This document shows, piece by piece, positions 36,124-46,552 of a DNA stretch of 64,000 nucleotides. The notes beneath the pieces are model-generated. The model saw only the letters and a list, made by a program, of their open reading frames with translations. It was not told the DNA's origin and made no database searches. The stretch spans positions 20,327 to 84,326 of the forward strand of contig CAZWWE010000001.1 of assembly GCA_964637295.1 (NCBI GenBank), in the 5' to 3' direction. Origin of the DNA: an uncultured Pseudomonadales bacterium (GTDB lineage: Bacteria; Patescibacteriota; Microgenomatia; UBA1400; PJMF01). The translations under genes and the position numbers were made by a program. Each line of letters starts with the position of its first letter. Within the stretch, counting starts at the first letter, position 1.

Positions 36124-37704
36124 ATGAAATTTAAGTTCAATCGACAAATTTTGGCTTGGCTGATAATTATTTTGATAGCGATCTTTTTACGTTTTTATAA
36201 TTATGCAAATTTTCTTTATTTCATTAACGATCAAGGTCGCGATGCGCTTAAATTGAAAAGCATCGTTGAAGGCGATTTAACTTTAATTGGTCCCACTAGT
36301 GGCTTGCCGGGATTTTTCTTAGGGCCACTCTGGTATTATATTGGTTTACCAGGATATATGTTAAGCGATGGCAGTCCTCATGGGATTGCACTGTGGTACA
36401 TTTTTTTAGCTACTTTAGCCATCCCATTTTTTATTTTAATTGTTAAAAAATTATTGCCAAAAGAACAAATATGGCAATATTTGGGCTTTGGTTTTTTGGT
36501 TTTTTTACCAGCTAGCCTTAATGGTGCCACTTTTATTTGGAATCCATTATTGTCTATACCGCTGATGGCGGCCGCACTTTATTTTTTATTTGCCGCTCGT
36601 TCTTCTAGACTTGCCTTATTTTTAGCATTTTTAATGCTCGCTTTGATACTCCACTCTGAATTTGCTTACGGCATTTTTCTTTTGCCCATTTTATTTATTT
36701 TAATTTTTTGGATCAGAAAAAAATTTGCTCTTTTAGATTATGTAATTGCTGCTAGTGCTATTATTATTACCTTACTACCACAAATTCTTTTCGAAGTAAA
36801 AAATAATTTTTTAATGAGCAAATCCCTAATTCAAGGAGTAATTTCAGGAGAAACGGCTGTTTCACTATTTGCTTTGTGGACGCGTAGACCAAGCCAATTA
36901 TTTTCAAGCACACAAGAATTATTTTTTGGTCGTTCCTCGGCTGCCTTTATCCCCATGCTTCTCATTGGAGCTTTCATCATCTATGGAATGCATCAAGCAT
37001 TTAAGAAAAAAAACTATGAATGGCAAATAATCGCTTTAATTGGAGCCATTCCTTACATTGGCTACATGTTTTGGAAAGGAAATTATGGCAATTTTTTTTC
37101 CTATTACATCACTCCTCACTTTATTCCCCTAGCACTGATTTTCATCTATGGATTAAAAAATTTTTTTGCTCAACAAAAAAACAAAAATGCAAGCTATTTA
37201 CTTGGAGCTCTGATCGGTCTCATCTTGGCTTTTAGTCTCAATAATGCCTATGCTAGCACTCTCAAACCTGATAATGAAGCTGGACTACGCACCATTCTCT
37301 CTGCCAATCGAAAAGTTTTAGATTATCAAATCGCTGACCAGCAAGCAGTCGCCTTAACTACTGGCACCAGCTATTCTTCTTCGGTTTTGACCTTTACGCC
37401 CAATTACCTGACTGCCCAATATGATTTTGCAATGCAGTGGTTAGCCAAAGAACTCAATCTGCCAATTCCTAATACAGAATTGCGACCTACTGATCAAATG
37501 GTTTACATCATCGTTGAACCTGATCGAGAAATTCCTGAAAAAAGATTTTTGCCCTGGTATCAAAAAGTCACTGAAAATAGAGTTCGTTTGAGAAAAGAAA
37601 AAGTCGGCATTTTATTACTAGAAACTTGGGCGAATGCCGATTTTGCCCTACAAAATCAATTAGCAATTTATCAGGAAAACATCACTGAAAAAATGTGTTG
37701 GTAA
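36124..37704 (+). CDS. GT-C (ArnT/PMT-like) membrane glycosyltransferase
   Basis: FINDQGRD, LIGP...GPLWYY, IWNP, multiple TM segments. Confidence 0.85.
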   Translation: MKFKFNRQILAWLIIILIAIFLRFYNYANFLYFINDQGRDALKLKSIVEGDLTLIGPTSGLPGFFLGPLWYYIGLPGYMLSDGSPHGIALWYIFLATLAIPFFILIVKKLLPKEQIWQYLGFGFLVFLPASLNGATFIWNPLLSIPLMAAALYFLFAARSSRLALFLAFLMLALILHSEFAYGIFLLPILFILIFWIRKKFALLDYVIAASAIIITLLPQILFEVKNNFLMSKSLIQGVISGETAVSLFALWTRRPSQLFSSTQELFFGRSSAAFIPMLLIGAFIIYGMHQAFKKKNYEWQIIALIGAIPYIGYMFWKGNYGNFFSYYITPHFIPLALIFIYGLKNFFAQQKNKNASYLLGALIGLILAFSLNNAYASTLKPDNEAGLRTILSANRKVLDYQIADQQAVALTTGTSYSSSVLTFTPNYLTAQYDFAMQWLAKELNLPIPNTELRPTDQMVYIIVEPDREIPEKRFLPWYQKVTENRVRLRKEKVGILLLETWANADFALQNQLAIYQENITEKMCW

Positions 37705-37710
37705 AATCAG

Positions 37711-39456
37711 ATGCCTTGGACAAAATTTTTTATTCCTTTTTTAATTTTCATCATCGCGGCTTTGATACGCATACCTAATTTGAAAAATTTGCCAGATGGA
37801 TTTTTTACAGATGAAGCTGCTCTTGGATATAATGCTTGGTCGATTTGGAAAACTGGCAAAGACGAATGGAATCAATTTTTACCATCCACCCTACAAAGTT
37901 TTCATGATTATAAACCAGCGGTCTACGCTTATTTAGCTATTCCTTTTGTGGCAATTATGGGTTTGACCGAAGCTGCTACTCGCACACCCGCCGCCCTTTT
38001 TGGCAGCATCTTGCCAGTAATAGTTTATTTTTGGCTATTGAGCATTTTCAATGAACAAAAAAAGACCAAAAAACATGCTCTAGCTGTAGCTAGTTTAACT
38101 GCGCTTATTATTACTTTCACTCCATGGCATTGGGAAGTTTCTCGCACCGCCATTGAGGCCGGAGTAGCTATTTGTTTTACCATGATGATCTTTCTGCTTT
38201 TGCGTTTCCAAAAACGATGGTGTTTAGTTTTAGCCATCATCCTTTCTCTGATTACTTTAAATACTTATCACACTGCGCGCTTGATTTTACCGATTTTATT
38301 GTTTTTTGCCGCACTTTTAAATCAAGTAAAATTTAAAAAAATAGTTGGTTTATGGGCAATTTTAATATTTGGTTTGGGAATTTTTCTTTCCTTCACTGGT
38401 AGTAAAGAAAGGTTTTACCAGATTAGTCTCTTCAATGACACACAAGTTTTGGCTCTCAGAGAAGAAGCCATTCGTGAAGATGGAGGTATTGGAGTTACTC
38501 CTTTATGGTTAACTCGTCTCTCTCATAACAAACCGATGAGCTTAGTTTTTGCTTTTGTTGATAATTATTTAACTAATACTTCTCTTGGTTATTTATTTGT
38601 TGGCGGAGTTCAACCACAAAGAACTGCCATTCCAGGAACCGGCCAATTTTTACTGTTTTTATTGCCATTTTTTCTATGCGGTTTAATTTTCACTATTAGC
38701 CAAGTCAAAAATAATAACTTCCAACGCTGGCTTTTAATATCTTTATTAATTGCTCCCATCCCAGCTTCCATTACTTATCCAGAACTACCACATGCTTATC
38801 GTACTTTGTTTTTATTAGTCCCCATTAGTATTGTTATCGCTCAAGGAATTGTTTTCACTTTTGAATTTTTAGAACAAAATTTTATTAAAATTAAAGGTGT
38901 TCCTAAAACAATTTTAAAAAAATGGCAAAAACCACTTTTAGTTTTGAGTAAAATTGCGCTTGTTTTGTTACTTGCTTGGAATGTGATACAAGCTTGGCAT
39001 CAATATGCTCGTCATCAACAAGTACACCAACCATGGCATCGTACCTCTGGTTATTTACCCATGGTTAATTATCTTAATCAGATTACAAATCGAGAAAATC
39101 GTCGTATTGTGATTACTGATATCTACATGGAGCCCTATATTTTTATTTTATTTTATAACCAAATCGCACCAGAAAAGTACCAAGCCTTAAAACAAAAGCG
39201 CCTTTCTAGATATGAGTTAGACGTGAAAAAAATGATTGAGTGGCAAATGTTTGAGTACACTTTTAGTCGTAAAAAATGCCCTCATGATCCTTTAACTAAT
39301 CTCAATCTGGATAATATTTACTTAGTAGATTTGGGTTGTGACATTCCTCTTGGTTACAAACGCATCGACAGCATTGATTTTGCCGATGGTGTACCCATGT
39401 TTCATGTCGATGTACCAGATCCTTTATATCGAGAGAACTTAGCTATCAGTCAATAA
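37711..39456 (+). CDS. GT-C (ArnT/PMT-like) membrane glycosyltransferase
   Basis: DEAALGYNAWSIWKTGKDEW, DYKP..Y, PWH..SR.A.E. Confidence 0.87.
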   Translation: MPWTKFFIPFLIFIIAALIRIPNLKNLPDGFFTDEAALGYNAWSIWKTGKDEWNQFLPSTLQSFHDYKPAVYAYLAIPFVAIMGLTEAATRTPAALFGSILPVIVYFWLLSIFNEQKKTKKHALAVASLTALIITFTPWHWEVSRTAIEAGVAICFTMMIFLLLRFQKRWCLVLAIILSLITLNTYHTARLILPILLFFAALLNQVKFKKIVGLWAILIFGLGIFLSFTGSKERFYQISLFNDTQVLALREEAIREDGGIGVTPLWLTRLSHNKPMSLVFAFVDNYLTNTSLGYLFVGGVQPQRTAIPGTGQFLLFLLPFFLCGLIFTISQVKNNNFQRWLLISLLIAPIPASITYPELPHAYRTLFLLVPISIVIAQGIVFTFEFLEQNFIKIKGVPKTILKKWQKPLLVLSKIALVLLLAWNVIQAWHQYARHQQVHQPWHRTSGYLPMVNYLNQITNRENRRIVITDIYMEPYIFILFYNQIAPEKYQALKQKRLSRYELDVKKMIEWQMFEYTFSRKKCPHDPLTNLNLDNIYLVDLGCDIPLGYKRIDSIDFADGVPMFHVDVPDPLYRENLAISQ

Positions 39457-39524
39457 ATTATAAAAACTAGCAAATCAAAAAACTTTATTTCGTTTCACAG
39501 TTTTTTGTGCTAAGATCAAATTCT

Positions 39525-40190
39525 ATGTCTATTATCGATCAAATCATCGCTTGGTTAGAGCATTTGTCACAAACCATTAATTTACAATTGTTTGTGGTGA
39601 TTGGTTCATTTTTGGAAGAAATCATTGCTCCTATTCCTTCACCTTTTGTGATGACGACAGCTGCTGCCATTGCTCAGGCACAAAACTATCTTTTTGCCCA
39701 ATTAGCTATTTTGGTGATCGTGGCTTCCTTTGCTAAAACTGTCTCAAGTTATTTGATTTACGTTGCTTTCGATAAGTTGGAAGACGTGATGATCAATAAA
39801 TTTGGTAAACACGTCGGCTTAAGTCATAAATTAATTGAACAAATCGGCGCTTTTTTAACTGGCACTTGGGTAGATGATTTTTTAATGATTTTAGCTAGAG
39901 CTTTGCCATTTATCCCAACTATTTTGATTTCAGCTGGCGCTGGAGTCATTAAATATCATAAAAAATCTTTTATTATTACCACTTTTCTGGGAGTGGTGAT
40001 TAGAAATGCTTTTTATCTATGGGTCGGCTATGTGGGTTGGAGTCAGATTGAACATTTGTGGTTGGCAAATCGAGACAATCCTTGGTTTATTGTCTTGCTC
40101 ATCGTCAGTGGTCTCATTTTATTAAAAGCTTTGATCAAAATTAAAGATCATCTTTTTGATCGTTTTATCAGTCTTAAACAGAAAGGTTAA
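39525..40190 (+). CDS. DedA/VTT-domain membrane protein
   Basis: GSFLEEIIAPIPS, RALPFIP..LIS..AG. Confidence 0.82.
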   Translation: MSIIDQIIAWLEHLSQTINLQLFVVIGSFLEEIIAPIPSPFVMTTAAAIAQAQNYLFAQLAILVIVASFAKTVSSYLIYVAFDKLEDVMINKFGKHVGLSHKLIEQIGAFLTGTWVDDFLMILARALPFIPTILISAGAGVIKYHKKSFIITTFLGVVIRNAFYLWVGYVGWSQIEHLWLANRDNPWFIVLLIVSGLILLKALIKIKDHLFDRFISLKQKG

Positions 40191-40191
40191 A

Positions 40192-40575
40192 ATGCTAGAC
40201 TTAGCTCAAAAAAATTTTCAGCGCTGGAACAGCGCTTTACAAACTGGTGACGCCAGTCAGGTCGCTGCTCTTTATACTGCGAACAACACTTTTTTGCCCA
40301 CCTTATCTCCCGAATTTAAACAAGGTATTCAAGGAGCAGAGGAATATTTTACCCATTTTTTACAAAAACAACCGGTAGGAACTGTGATCGCCGAAGAAGT
40401 GCAAAGCTTAAGTGAGAAAATTTACATTCACTCTGGCTTATACAATTTTGCGGTTGGACCAAGCGAACAAAGAAGCATCGCTGAAGCAAGATTTACTTTC
40501 GTTTGGATTAAAGAAGATGATGGTCAATGGAAAATTGCTCATCACCATTCATCACTTAAACCCCAGGCGGATTAG
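40192..40575 (+). CDS. NTF2/SnoaL-like protein (SgcJ/EcaC, CaMKII association domain-like)
   Basis: RWNSALQTGD..QVAALY, FLPTLS, YF.HFL.K.P, ARFTFVW, WKIAHHHSS. Confidence 0.88.
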   Translation: MLDLAQKNFQRWNSALQTGDASQVAALYTANNTFLPTLSPEFKQGIQGAEEYFTHFLQKQPVGTVIAEEVQSLSEKIYIHSGLYNFAVGPSEQRSIAEARFTFVWIKEDDGQWKIAHHHSSLKPQAD

Positions 40576-40605
40576 CTTAAATTCGCTTACCATCTGTAAA
40601 CAATT

Positions 40606-41640
40606 TTACTGAATCACTCCGCCACCAAGCACGAGATCTCCCTGATAAAAAACCGCTGATTGACCAGCAGTTACCGCTCGCTGTGGAGTTTTAAATTCGA
40701 CTTTTAATAAATTCTCTTTTTGTGGAATCAAAATAGCTTCAGCCTCTCTGGCTCCATATCTTATTTTGACACTTGCCTGAGTTGCTTCGCTTAATTGATC
40801 GACTGGAATAAAATTCACATTTTTGACTATTAAACTTTTGAATAAAATGTCTTCTTCATCGCCCAGAACAATCACGTTGCTTTCTACGTCAATCTTAGAA
40901 ATAAAAATTGGCTTACCAGTAGCAATGCCCAAGCCTTTGCGCTGACCGATAGTGTATTTATAAATACCCTTATGCTGACCCAAAATATTGCCACGCTTGT
41001 CAACAAAATTACCATAACGCATTTTGATGCCAGTTCTTTCTTCAATAAATTTAGCATAGTTATTATTGGTAATAAAACAAATGTCCTGACTATCCGCCTT
41101 GTTGGCTACTTCTAAATTAAAATCTTGCGCCACTTTTCTTACTGTAACTTTATCGTAATCAGCTAAGGGAAACATAATATTGGCTAATTGTTGTTGAGTT
41201 AAATGATAGAGAGGATAAGTTTGATCTTTGTTACTACTTTGGCTTTTTTTAAGTAGATAGCGACCATCTTTCTGAACTATTTTGGCATAATGGCCAGTGG
41301 CAAGATAGTCAGCTCCCATTGATTTGGCCCAATCAAGCAGAGCACCAAATTTAATCTGATGATTACAAGTCACACAAGGATTGGGAGTTCTGCCTAATAA
41401 ATATTCGTTGGTAAAGTAAGTAATTATTTCTTTTTCAAAAACTTTTCTAAGATCGACGACATGATGAGGAATGTTCAATCTTTTAGCTACTGCTTTAGCA
41501 TCCTTAATAGCCAAATCTTGAGTATCTTGCCAAACTTGCATGGTTACACCAAAGACATCGTAGCCTTGTTTTTGCAGTAAAGCTGCGACAACAGAGCTAT
41601 CCACTCCACCACTCATGGCTACGGCAATTTTTTGTTTCAT
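40606..41640 (-). CDS. mnmA: tRNA 2-thiouridine synthase MnmA
   Basis: AMSGGVDSS, TPNPCVTCN, ATGHYA, KDQTY, DSQDICF, YTIGQRKGL. Confidence 0.97.
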   Translation of the reverse strand: MKQKIAVAMSGGVDSSVVAALLQKQGYDVFGVTMQVWQDTQDLAIKDAKAVAKRLNIPHHVVDLRKVFEKEIITYFTNEYLLGRTPNPCVTCNHQIKFGALLDWAKSMGADYLATGHYAKIVQKDGRYLLKKSQSSNKDQTYPLYHLTQQQLANIMFPLADYDKVTVRKVAQDFNLEVANKADSQDICFITNNNYAKFIEERTGIKMRYGNFVDKRGNILGQHKGIYKYTIGQRKGLGIATGKPIFISKIDVESNVIVLGDEEDILFKSLIVKNVNFIPVDQLSEATQASVKIRYGAREAEAILIPQKENLLKVEFKTPQRAVTAGQSAVFYQGDLVLGGGVIQ

Positions 41641-41858
41641 TTTTTGGCTCCGAATTTTTTATTTAGTTCTTGTATCAATTCTTCTATTTCATCTTCTTCT
41701 AAACCATGAGACATAGCGCCGGCTTCTAAAGTATCAAAACCTGCGGCGGCGCAGCCGCCGCAATAAAGTCCATATTCATAAAGCACCTCATTCATTTCTG
41801 GATCATTTTCAATTAATTCAGCGATATTGGTGTTTTTATCAATTTTAGTTTTTTTCAT
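41637..41858 (-). CDS. DUF1858 domain protein
   Basis: IAELI..P....L...GLYCGGC.AA.FDTLE.GA..HG. Confidence 0.88.
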   Translation of the reverse strand: MKKTKIDKNTNIAELIENDPEMNEVLYEYGLYCGGCAAAGFDTLEAGAMSHGLEEDEIEELIQELNKKFGAKK

Positions 41859-42219
41859 ATTTGTCCAAAGCCTCATGCAAAGCCTTTAACGTCAAAGTGG
41901 CGCAAGCAACACGACTAGTACTTAAGTTTAAATTAATTAATTCTAATAATCTTTTTTGATCGATTTTTCTTACCTCTGCTATACTTTTACCAATAATTTC
42001 TTCTATTAATAATTCAGCACCGATAATGCTGACAAAACACAAGCCACCCTCAAACTTAGCATCTTCAATAATATGATTTTTTATTTTTAAAGTTAAATGA
42101 AGATGGTCACCACAAAAAGTATTTTGTTTTTCAGTAGCGATAGACGGATCGGAAAGATGACCTCTGTGAACAGGGTCTTTATAAATTTCCATGAGTTCAC
42201 TACGATAAAGATCATCCAT
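41845..42219 (-). CDS. sufU: SufU/NifU-like Fe-S scaffold
   Basis: LYR..L...Y..P..RG, N.FCGD, C..S, R..CATL. Confidence 0.88.
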   Translation of the reverse strand: MDDLYRSELMEIYKDPVHRGHLSDPSIATEKQNTFCGDHLHLTLKIKNHIIEDAKFEGGLCFVSIIGAELLIEEIIGKSIAEVRKIDQKRLLELINLNLSTSRVACATLTLKALHEALDKYEKN

Positions 42220-43426
42220 AGTAAGCAATTGCCTTTTCTAAATTACTAAGTAAAAACTCCAAGTCCTGTTCACTATTATACAAATAATAAGAAGCTCTTA
42301 GTGTCGCTTCACAATTGCGACTTTGATGAAGAGGCATGCTGCAGTGAAAACCAGCTCTTAGCGCTAAACCATTTTTAGCTAAAAAGTCACTTAAATCATG
42401 AGCGTGAATTCCATCAACATAAAAAGAAACTAAACCAGTGCGTTCTTTGGCATCAGCGGTGCCTAATAATTTAATTCGTTTTATTTTTGCTAAACCATTT
42501 AATAGATATTCACTTAATTTAATTTCATGCGCTCTAATTTCTGCTAAACCAATTTGAGATAAATAATTTATCGCTTCGGCTAAAGCAACTGCTCCTGCCA
42601 CATTGGGCGTACCCGCCTCAAACTTTTCTGGATATGGAGCATAAATAGTTTCATTCATAGAAACTGACTCAATCATTCCTCCACCTAATTGATAAGGAAG
42701 CATCTTGGCTAAGATTGTTTCTTTAACATAAAGAACACCAATACCCATTGGGCCTAACATTTTATGACCACTGAAAGCATAAAAATCACAATCTAAATCT
42801 TGCACATCAACTGACAAATGAGGAATGGCTTGCGCTCCATCAACTACTAAAACTGCTCCGACACTGTGAACCATTTTAGCAATTTTTTTAATATCATTGA
42901 TTGTTCCTAAAACATTGGAGGCGTGAGCGATGGCAACTATTTTAGTTTTTTTACTTAATTTATTTTGCCATTCTTTTTGGCTAATAAAACCTGCTTGATC
43001 ACTATTTAAAATTTTTAAAGTCGCGCCAGTTTTTTTACCAAGCATTTGCCAAGGTAAAAAATTACTATGATGTTCAAAATCAGCGACTATAATTTCGTCC
43101 CCAATTTTCAAATTTTCCAAAGCATAACTTTGCGCCACTAAATTTAGTGATTCAGTGGTTCCTTTAGTAAAAATTATTTCTTGACTACTTTTAGCTCCAA
43201 TAAAATTGGCTACTTTTTGTCTAGTTAAATCATAGGCTTCACCGGCTTGTTCACTCAGAGGATAAACACCACGATGGACATTGGCGTTTTCACTACTGTA
43301 AAATTCGGCGATCCTATCAATGACTGCTTGTGGTTTTTGACTAGTGGCCGCATTATCCAAATAAATTAAATCTTTATGCTTAGTAAAAATGGGAAAATCA
43401 GTTTTTATTTTTTTTACATCTAACAT
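42212..43426 (-). CDS. sufS: Cysteine desulfurase
   Basis: YLDNAATSQKP, NANVHRG, FSGHKMLGP, RAGFHC. Confidence 0.96.
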   Translation of the reverse strand: MLDVKKIKTDFPIFTKHKDLIYLDNAATSQKPQAVIDRIAEFYSSENANVHRGVYPLSEQAGEAYDLTRQKVANFIGAKSSQEIIFTKGTTESLNLVAQSYALENLKIGDEIIVADFEHHSNFLPWQMLGKKTGATLKILNSDQAGFISQKEWQNKLSKKTKIVAIAHASNVLGTINDIKKIAKMVHSVGAVLVVDGAQAIPHLSVDVQDLDCDFYAFSGHKMLGPMGIGVLYVKETILAKMLPYQLGGGMIESVSMNETIYAPYPEKFEAGTPNVAGAVALAEAINYLSQIGLAEIRAHEIKLSEYLLNGLAKIKRIKLLGTADAKERTGLVSFYVDGIHAHDLSDFLAKNGLALRAGFHCSMPLHQSRNCEATLRASYYLYNSEQDLEFLLSNLEKAIAYYG

Positions 43427-44007
43427 AGATAGCTTTCAATTAGTTTATGCGCCAGCTTTATTTTAATCGACTCTAAAACTTGATTAAAAAAAGCTTCTTC
43501 TAAAATCTTTGCTGCCTCAGCTTTTTTAAAACCGCGACTCATCAAATAAAAAAGGTCAGCTTCATTTAACCTACTACTACTAGCGCTATGCGAAGCCTTA
43601 ACTTGATGATTAAAAATTTCTAAAATTGGGCGGGAACGATTATAAGTAGCGCTACCCAAAATTAAACTTTGTTCTTGTAAAAATGATTTGGTTTGAGAAG
43701 CTAAACGATCAATATATATTTGGCCAAAATAATCAACTCTTGATGCATCAGCTTGACTTAAATAAACCTCAGTTAAACAACTTGTTCTTGATGCAAAATG
43801 TTTTGTATTACTTTCTAATTGCCAACTACTATTATCTTTCAATCGACCAAGGAAAAGTAATTGACAGCTAACAGCGGCTTTTCTGAAAGACAAATCAACT
43901 TTGATTTTGCCTTGCTCTGTATTTTTATCTAACAAAACCAAATAGAAAGTATCTGACTTGGGTTCCAAAATAAATTCGCTTTGTTTTTCCAATAGAACAA
44001 CTTGCAT
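43420..44007 (-). CDS. sufD: SufD (short form)
   Basis: PILEIFNHQVKASHSAS, LFYLMSRG. Confidence 0.85.
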   Translation of the reverse strand: MQVVLLEKQSEFILEPKSDTFYLVLLDKNTEQGKIKVDLSFRKAAVSCQLLFLGRLKDNSSWQLESNTKHFASRTSCLTEVYLSQADASRVDYFGQIYIDRLASQTKSFLQEQSLILGSATYNRSRPILEIFNHQVKASHSASSSRLNEADLFYLMSRGFKKAEAAKILEEAFFNQVLESIKIKLAHKLIESYLC

Positions 44008-45416
44008 TAGCCAACGCTCCCTTCCATTTCCAATTCAATCAAGCGATTGAGTTCCACAGCGTATTCTAGTGGCAACTCTTTCACAATTGGCTCAATAAAA
44101 CCTGCAACCAATAAAGTCATGGCTTCGGTTTTATTCAAACCGCGACTCATTAAATAGAAAAGTTTTTCTTCTTCGATTTGGCTCACGCTAGCTTCATGTT
44201 CCATGACGGCATTTTCTCCAGAAATTTTCATATCTGGATAAGTACAGGTCGCAGAATTTTTATCTAAAATTAAAGCGTCACATTCAACTTTACTTTTACA
44301 ATGACTGGCATTTTTAGCAATATAAACCAAACCACGATAATTACTTTGTCCACCAGCAAGACTGACTGATTTAGCAATAATTTTTGAAGCAGTATTTTTA
44401 GCTAAATGTAGCATCTTGGCACCAGTATCTTGAATTTGATTATTTTTAGCATAGGCAATAGAAAGCATTTCTCCATAAGCTCCTTCTTCTGCTAAATAAC
44501 AACTAGGATATTTCATGGTGGTTTTGGCTCCCAAATTACCATCAATCCATTCCATCACCCCATTTTGAAAAACTTTAGCACGTTTAGTGACTAAGTTGTA
44601 AATATTCCCTGACCAATTTTGAATAGTCGTGTAACGAAAACGAGCCTTTTTTTTGACAAAAACTTCAACCACTGCAGCGTGCAAAGAGTATTCGCTATAA
44701 ACCGGGGCAGTGCAACCTTCTACATAAGTGGCGCTAGAACCTTCATCGGCAATAATGAGCGTTCTCTCAAACTGACCCATGCGCGCCGCGTTAATCCGAA
44801 AATAGCTTTGTAGCGGTCTTTTAACGTGTGTATTGGGTGGAATATAAACAAAAGAACCACCTGACCAAGCCGCGCTATTGAGAGCAGCAAATTTATTATC
44901 AGCGACAGGCACCAATTTAGCAAAATATTCTTTGAAAAGACCACTGTGTTTTTGCAGCGCTTCTTCCATCGAACAAAAAATCACTCCCTGTTCATCTAAT
45001 TCTGCTTGCAGAGAAGAATAGGCCACTTCACTATTGTATTGAGCTTTTACTCCAGCCAGAAATTCTTTTTCTGCTTGGGGCACTCCCAAACGATCAAAGG
45101 TTTCTTTGATTTCATCTGGCACTTCTGCCCAAGTTTTCTTTTCCACATCGGTGTCTTTAATAAAATAACGAATTTTTTCAAAGTCGATTTTTGCTAAACT
45201 TGGCCCCCAATTGGGCATTTTCATTTTTTTAAAAATTTGCAAAGATTTTTGACGGAATTCTCTCATCCACATTGGTTCATTTTTACTAGCAGAAATATCA
45301 GCAATAATTTTTGTAGAAAGTCCAAAGTCAAAACTCAAAATAGAATTTTCTGGCATCGCAAAACCAAATTTATTTGTATAGGCATCATTGAGTTTTTTGA
45401 GATTAGCTCGTTTCAT
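44007..45416 (-). CDS. sufB: Fe-S cluster assembly protein SufB
   Basis: DNKFAALNSAAWSGGSF, QFERTLI, YVEGCTAP, TIQNWS..YNLVTKR. Confidence 0.97.
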   Translation of the reverse strand: MKRANLKKLNDAYTNKFGFAMPENSILSFDFGLSTKIIADISASKNEPMWMREFRQKSLQIFKKMKMPNWGPSLAKIDFEKIRYFIKDTDVEKKTWAEVPDEIKETFDRLGVPQAEKEFLAGVKAQYNSEVAYSSLQAELDEQGVIFCSMEEALQKHSGLFKEYFAKLVPVADNKFAALNSAAWSGGSFVYIPPNTHVKRPLQSYFRINAARMGQFERTLIIADEGSSATYVEGCTAPVYSEYSLHAAVVEVFVKKKARFRYTTIQNWSGNIYNLVTKRAKVFQNGVMEWIDGNLGAKTTMKYPSCYLAEEGAYGEMLSIAYAKNNQIQDTGAKMLHLAKNTASKIIAKSVSLAGGQSNYRGLVYIAKNASHCKSKVECDALILDKNSATCTYPDMKISGENAVMEHEASVSQIEEEKLFYLMSRGLNKTEAMTLLVAGFIEPIVKELPLEYAVELNRLIELEMEGSVG

Positions 45417-45425
45417 GTAATATTT

Positions 45426-46163
45426 TTATGCTTTAAGAAAATTTGCAAAACCCTTTTTTTCAATTTCGGTGACTAAATCAGCACAACCAGTTTTGATAAT
45501 TTTTCCCTTGCTTAGAATGTGCACCCGATCAATGTCTAAAAAAGATAAAATTCTGGAATAATGAGTAATTAATAAAACCGAAGTTTGTTTTTCTTTTTTC
45601 AAAAAATTTATCGCTTGAGCCACCGCCTGAATGGCATCAATATCCAAGCCACTATCAATTTCGTCCAAAATAATCAACTTTGGTTCCAAAACTAACATTT
45701 GTAAAACTTCCATTTTCTTTTTTTCTCCACCCGAAAAACCGTGGTTTAAAGATCTTTTTAGCAGTTCTTCATTAAAATTCAAAATTGCCATTCTTTCTCT
45801 TAAAAATTCTCTGAATTTAAGTGGGGTAAGTTTTTTTTCATGACTGGTTTTGTAAAGTAATTTCAAATAATCATAGATTTTCACTCCAGGAATTTCTAAA
45901 ATTTGCTGAAAAGATAAAAATATACCAAGCTTAGCTCTTTGCTGTGGATTTAAGTTTAATAAATTCTGTTTAGCAAAAATTATTTCACCTTTTACTGAAT
46001 AATTTGGATTACCCATAATGCTTTGGGCAAGCGTGCTTTTGCCAGCCCCATTCTGACCCATTAAAATATGTGTCTCACCTTTTTTGATGGATAAATCAAT
46101 TTTATCTAAAATAATTTTTTTATTTAATGAAACTTGAACATTTTTTATTTTAAGCACAAGCAA
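45426..46163 (-). CDS. sufC: Fe-S cluster assembly ATPase SufC
   Basis: MGQNGAGKST, GFSGGEKKK.E, LDEIDSGLDIDA, ITHY. Confidence 0.96.
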   Translation of the reverse strand: MLVLKIKNVQVSLNKKIILDKIDLSIKKGETHILMGQNGAGKSTLAQSIMGNPNYSVKGEIIFAKQNLLNLNPQQRAKLGIFLSFQQILEIPGVKIYDYLKLLYKTSHEKKLTPLKFREFLRERMAILNFNEELLKRSLNHGFSGGEKKKMEVLQMLVLEPKLIILDEIDSGLDIDAIQAVAQAINFLKKEKQTSVLLITHYSRILSFLDIDRVHILSKGKIIKTGCADLVTEIEKKGFANFLKA

Positions 46164-46176
46164 TCCTTTGATAAAT

Positions 46177-46458
46177 TCAATTAGAGAAATTCATTTGTTT
46201 AAGCAAACAAAGCTTTTCATGATGAGGACAATTTTCGTTAACTTGATAGTAGATTTTTTTACCCATTCTTTTTTTTGACAAAAGACCATCGGCTTCCATG
46301 GTTTTGAGATGATAAGAAACAGTGGGCTGACTTAAAATCGTTTGCTGCACAATTTTTGAAACTGTTTGTTGACCATTATCTTTTAAATACATAAAAATTT
46401 TCATTTTAGTATCAACTGCTAAATTAGCGAAGCAGTGGCTGCAAAGACAACTTGACAT
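46177..46458 (-). CDS. ArsR/SmtB family regulator with Cys/His ligands
   Basis: SQPTVSYHLK HTH; N-terminal CxCxHC and C-terminal CPHH...C; first gene of the suf operon. Confidence 0.88.
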   Translation of the reverse strand: MSSCLCSHCFANLAVDTKMKIFMYLKDNGQQTVSKIVQQTILSQPTVSYHLKTMEADGLLSKKRMGKKIYYQVNENCPHHEKLCLLKQMNFSN

Positions 46459-46552
46459 ATCATATAGATGATAATCTATTTATTTGAAATTATCAAGTCA
46501 TCGACTTGATTGGTGAAACTTTCTTGTAAACTGAAAATAGCATAATGGAAAG

